A stretch of DNA of 64,000 bases, taken from the human T2T-CHM13v2.0 reference genome, Homo sapiens. The stretch lies in the NCBI RefSeq assembly GCF_009914755.1, contig NC_060926.1. The stretch is one strand, 5' to 3'. The notes beneath the pieces were generated by a model. The model saw only the letters and a list, made by a program, of their open reading frames with translations. It did not search any database and was not told the DNA's origin. Numbering within the stretch: position 1 is the stretch's first letter; each line of letters starts with the position of its first letter. Of the stretch, positions 57,112-64,000 are shown piece after piece. Both the position numbers and the translations under genes were made by a program.

Positions 57112-57245
57112 GTACTGTGAACCCCTCTAAATGCGGTTGCCCCTTTGCCTTGAAGATGGCAGCATGTCAGCTTCTTCTGGAGATTACCACCTTCCTGCGA
57201 GAGACCTTTTCTTGCCTGCCCAGACCTCGCACTGAGCCTCTGGTG
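57112..57245 (+). CDS. UNC80: UNC80 coding exon L (134 nt, phase 1-0)
   Basis: Acceptor ctttcatttcatag|; TVNPSKCGCPFALKMAACQLLLEITTFLRETFSCLPRPRTEPLV; donor GTG|gtaagt. Confidence 0.96.
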
Positions 57246-57760
57246 GTAAGTTAAAGCATGCAAGTTAATAATCAGGTTACTCGGAGAGGCCAGGCGTGTG
57301 TCTGGGTTTCCAAGATTCACAGTTTTCTTAAATGTTCCATGGCTAGTGTATCACATAATTTTAAAAATTCAACCAAGGGATTTTGAAACATAAAAAGAAA
57401 TGCTCTTTTCCTCATTACAAATAATAATAACTCCAAAGTCAATCTAGAAATCAGTGAAGGTTTTCCTACTGGATACAATGTTTATTTGATCACTATCAAT
57501 TATGCTGGGAATATCTAGGAGCCTTTAGCTTCCTTTACTCTGAAAATATGAGGAGTTTTATGGCTAATGTTTTCCAGAACTCACCAACAAATTTTTTTAT
57601 ACCAACTGCTCATAAATCTGTATAGAAATTTGCTTCTTAATGAGTGTTCTCTTTCAAATTATGGTTGAAAGTACTCCAGTATTTAGTGTCTAAAATCCCC
57701 AAACGTACATTGTTATTTCTGTAGCATTTCCTAGAGATTATGGATAGACAGAAATAAGAC

Positions 57761-57820
57761 CATGCATGTGTGCATGCACACACACACACACACACACACA
57801 CATGCGTGCATGCATATACA
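57761..57820. repeat. (CA)n microsatellite with TGCA-rich flanks
   Basis: catgcatgtgtgcatg(ca)n tgcgtgcatgcatataca. Confidence 0.9.
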
Positions 57821-58055
57821 CTCCTGTGTGGTATACCATGAAGGCCTGATTTGTTTAACCAATGATATAAATATAAATACTATGCAAGAACCAGGCATGT
57901 TCACAGAGTGTGTGGCACGGGGCACACCTTGGAGTCAATTTTCCTTCACTCCTAGTTCTCTAATGGGCACCAAGTTTCCAGTGGTTCTTTCATCACAGGC
58001 ATCATCCAGCTGGAGCTGAGGAACCAGACTATCTCCCAGAGCAATCGTTACATAA

Positions 58056-58415
<360 letters not shown>

Positions 58416-59369
58416 ACGTTTCCTCCTTTTTAAACCAAACTCGGCATGAGCAAGGCCGTGTCCCAAGCAAGGCCAGGCGGTGTGGGGAGAGGAGTGAAAG
58501 AATGGGGGTTCCGGTGTCACTGCATGACACCTCTGCCTCTGGTTTTCCGGAGTTCTAGGAAGACCATTCATTGCTTCACACTCTAGAACAGAAAGTGGAT
58601 ATTTTCAAGTTAGAAATATTTATGAGTAAACTGTCTGCTCTCAAGAGAAACACCCACATTTGGACTGTGACACTACCATTTGGATATTGAAAAGAGAAGT
58701 TTCTTCTACTGCCCTTATGTAATTTCATAATAACCTGAATCTTTAATTTTCTGAATTGTCACTTTCACTATTATATTGAGACTACTCTGTAAAATCAAAT
58801 CAAGGCCACCACTCAGCACTTCTATAGGCCTCTATCAGTATTATCCCTATCAGCATTCTAATGATGTTGAAGTCTTCATAAAAGCACAAAGTACATCTAC
58901 TTTTAAGTTTTCAGATTGTTATTGGTCACCATTTTGATCCACTGTAATAAAAAAAATAAGAATCCTAAAGTTTGACTAGGTTATTTTTGTTTTCCCTATC
59001 AATTCTATAAAACTAGAGTTTAATGGTCCTTATTATTGTAACAAATTTATTTTTAAAAGATCAATCAAATCTTCTAAATTTGATTAATATAATTTGACTA
59101 ACCTACAGTTAGTTAGCAAGAGGAAAATTTTTACTTTATGTCACCTTTAATTGGGCCTCTGAAATCTTTTATTCATTACACTAGGATTTTCATTGTTAAT
59201 GTGTACGTTTGTGTATTGTGTCGAGATGTGGCCTTTATAACATAAAGAGGGAAAGGACCTTTTTCTCACATTTCAGCTATCTAACCCTAGTTGGTAGTAA
59301 AGAAAACTCAAGCCACATTCTAACTTATTGAAATGTTTTACCAACACAGAAATTCTTACAATTGTTTTC

Positions 59370-60055
<686 letters not shown>

Positions 60056-60631
60056 TTTTTAAGAAATGGCACTAAACAGTAAATCCACAGAGTAAGCATA
60101 AATACAGCCAAAATGACATTTTTTCACCAGATAGATCCTTAAATGTAACTTAATTAGTGTGCTTCCCCCCCTCCCCCACAAAGAAACAACTTCTGGTAGC
60201 ATTTTGTAAACCGTGCAATTAAATTATGTCTAAAGAAAGGGAAGGGCAGCATTTTTATAAGATTTATAGTCTAAAACAGCATAAGCAAATTTTTTCTAAA
60301 TATTATCTTCTAAACTTGAGAACAACAAAGGAATATTTTTTAAACAAAATTTTGTTTATAAAACTGCTGGTCTACTAAAATGTTTCCCAGTTGAATTAGT
60401 GAGACCAATCGATGATGACTAAGCAACATGTAATGAAAACAGTAATTCCCATCAAATGCATAGATGAGTCTATAATAATAAAGAGGAAGGTGGTAAGGAG
60501 GTCTCTGTATGTCTACATTCGTTTGTTACAGAAAACAGCATATTGGGTCCTTTTGTGCAATATTGTGCTAGAGGCTGTACCAACCATGCCAACGGAATTT
60601 AACAAATCAGGTTATAAAAAAATATACTGCT

Positions 60632-61246
60632 GAAACTTGCTTAGCCATATGCAGAAAATTGAAATAGGACCCTTTCCTTACACCTTATACAAAAATTAAC
60701 TCAAGATGGGTTAAAGACAAATGATTTTATCATAAAGATACATACATGTGTATGTTCATTGCAACACTATTCACAGTAGCAAAGACATGGAATCAACCCA
60801 AATACCCATCAATAATAGACTGGATAAAGAAAATGTTGTACATATACACCATGGAATACTATGCAGCCATAAAAAGGAATGAGATTATCTCCTTTGCAGG
60901 GACATGGATGGATCTGGAAGCTATTATCCTCAGCAAACTAACGAAGGAACAGAAAACCAAACACCGCATGTTCTCACTTATAAGTGGGAGCTGAACAATG
61001 AGAACACATGGAAACAGGGAGGGGAACAACACACACTGGGGTCTGGTGGTGTGGGGGTGGGGGTTGGGAGAGCATCGGGATAAATAGCTAATGCATGCAG
61101 GGCTCAATACTTCAGTGAGGGGTTGACAGGTGCAGCAGACCACCATGGCACACGTTTGCCTATGTAACAAACCTGCACGCCCTGCACATGTATCCTGAAA
61201 CTTAAAATTAAATTAAATTAATTCTTTTTAAAAAAAGAAAAAAAAA
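60632..61246 (+). mobile_element. 5'-truncated L1PA with an internal deletion
   Basis: ORF2 C-terminus MFIATLFTVAKTWNQPK...HRMFSLISGS, G-rich 3'UTR and A tail. Confidence 0.88.
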
Positions 61247-61905
61247 CACTGGATTTCAAAGGTTTCTAAAGTTAAAAAAATCAGAAGCAAAATACAATTC
61301 ATAGCTACCAAGACAAAACTAATGAATATTTATTGAGAATAAAGTATGAGCAAGGTGGTGTGATGGTTGCAGGGGTGGGGATGAAGGTGATACAGAAATA
61401 ACTATACTGTAACAGGAGAACCAACATACAAAAAATTACTTTCTGAAGCAAAATGTAAGAGGGTCCCTGAGAAAGTAGCAGAGAGCCACGGCTAGCCAAA
61501 GAAGGGGCTGAACAGCTCTGATGAACCTTCTTGGAAGAGGGCACATTTGAATATAGCTTTGAAAGACTACGTAGGATTTGGACAAGCAGATAAAAGAAGA
61601 AATTGGAAGGGAGAACTACTTTTGTGAATCAGAATTATTATATGATTGCTTCTTATCCCAACTAAGAAATTTCCCTCATTAGATTTGGCTACCACAGTGG
61701 AAGGTAGATTAGGTTATTTTTTTTTCTCAAAGGGATTAATTTCAGGGAAGCACTTACATTTATAGAATATTCTTGATGATGGTAAAATAGATTCCATGTA
61801 GTTCCTATATTTTTCTGGGTGTGATATAATTTTCTGAGTCAAAATGTAACTTCTGTTCTTAAGCCAAAAGGACAAGAAACAAAATGTAGAGTCTAAAATG
61901 TTAAC

Positions 61906-62213
<308 letters not shown>

Positions 62214-62446
62214 TAAAATTTTATCTTATTGATGAGAATCAAAAGCATAAGATTTTAATCTTGGTGCAAACTTTTTAAAAATCTTTTAAAAAATTACAAA
62301 ATATTTTTATTTTTTATATTTATTTGAATCTAAGGGTTTATTATGTCATAATTAGAAAAATACAGTATAAAAATAAAATTAGAATTTTATATATATTTTT
62401 AGGTACTCCAAAAGTGCTTTATAAGTTAATAATTACATATGATCTT

Positions 62447-62608
62447 GACCAGGCACAGTGGCTCATGGCTGCAATCCCAACACTTTGGGAGGCTGAGGTG
62501 GGAGGATCACTTGAGGTCCAGAGTTTGAGACTAGCCTGGACAACATAGCAAGACCCCATATCTACAAAAAAATTAAAAAATTAGAAAATTAAAAATAAAA
62601 AAGAATAA
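62447..62608 (+). mobile_element. FLAM / Alu left monomer
   Basis: Single monomer with A-rich tail; flanked by ATATGATCT repeats. Confidence 0.85.
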
Positions 62609-62937
62609 ATATGATCTCTAGGATAAACAAATCTCTATTCACAGGACAAGTCAAATTCTCAATTTGGGGCCTCAGAGACCAAACTTCTATTAAGTAATTA
62701 CTTTCCTCGAGGCTTACTTTATTATATGAGATCATTGTGTTCAGCCTCAGATGGTGATGGAACTCCTGTCATACTTATATCCTCTTAGAAGGGAGTAAGA
62801 AATTCCCCCAATGTGTGATACTGCTTTGAGCCTCTGGCCTTCATGCATGAGGTTTCTTAAGGCTGAACTGCCTTTCCCCACTTGTTTGCCAAACTATCTT
62901 TACTTAATCCTCAAGACTTAACTCAAACATCAACTCT

Positions 62938-63750
<813 letters not shown>

Positions 63751-64000
63751 GTTCCGAGTCTGATTTCCGAGCTCCTACTCTCAGTCTTAAAATTTATCAC
63801 TTGTTTGCCTTCTCAGTTTCTATCTTGGGATTCTGAACTCCTTTAGAGATTAAAAAAAGTTCCTTATTTATCCTTCAGTACCTAACACATCCATGCTTGA
63901 TGCATGATTTTTAAATAAGAGATAAAGGCCAAAGATGCAGCCAAAACTGTGGACAAAGAGTTAGAAGGTAAGGAAGATAGTTTTGGATTTGGATCAAGGC

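Overview
This is primate (human or near-identical great-ape) genomic DNA. It is an internal 64-kb segment of UNC80, the scaffold subunit of the NALCN-FAM155A-UNC79-UNC80 sodium-leak channel complex, transcribed on the + strand. Twelve GT-AG coding exons (labelled A-L here) splice in frame into 1785 nt / 595 codons, from DESTPVSNHRL to PRPRTEPLV; the gene's start and end lie outside the window. The introns carry the usual primate repeats: 12 Alus and 1 FLAM, a ~6.2-kb antisense L1PA8-like element with TSD, truncated L1s, MIR/L2/L3, MaLR/ERVL LTRs, DNA-transposon relics and microsatellites. Most listed ORFs are exon overhangs or repeat artefacts. I found no novel protein-coding or prokaryote-type system. 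The most interesting signals are a possible hidden splicing layer: two tandem donors (+/-VFREN, +/-KR), a 12-nt in-frame microexon candidate, several stop-containing poison/cryptic exon candidates (one in a YCAY/NOVA cluster, one near a (UG)11 TDP-43-type tract), an intronic polyA candidate, and nested inverted L1/Alu pairs. All of these are sequence-level predictions that need RNA evidence. Repeat subfamily calls are by eye.
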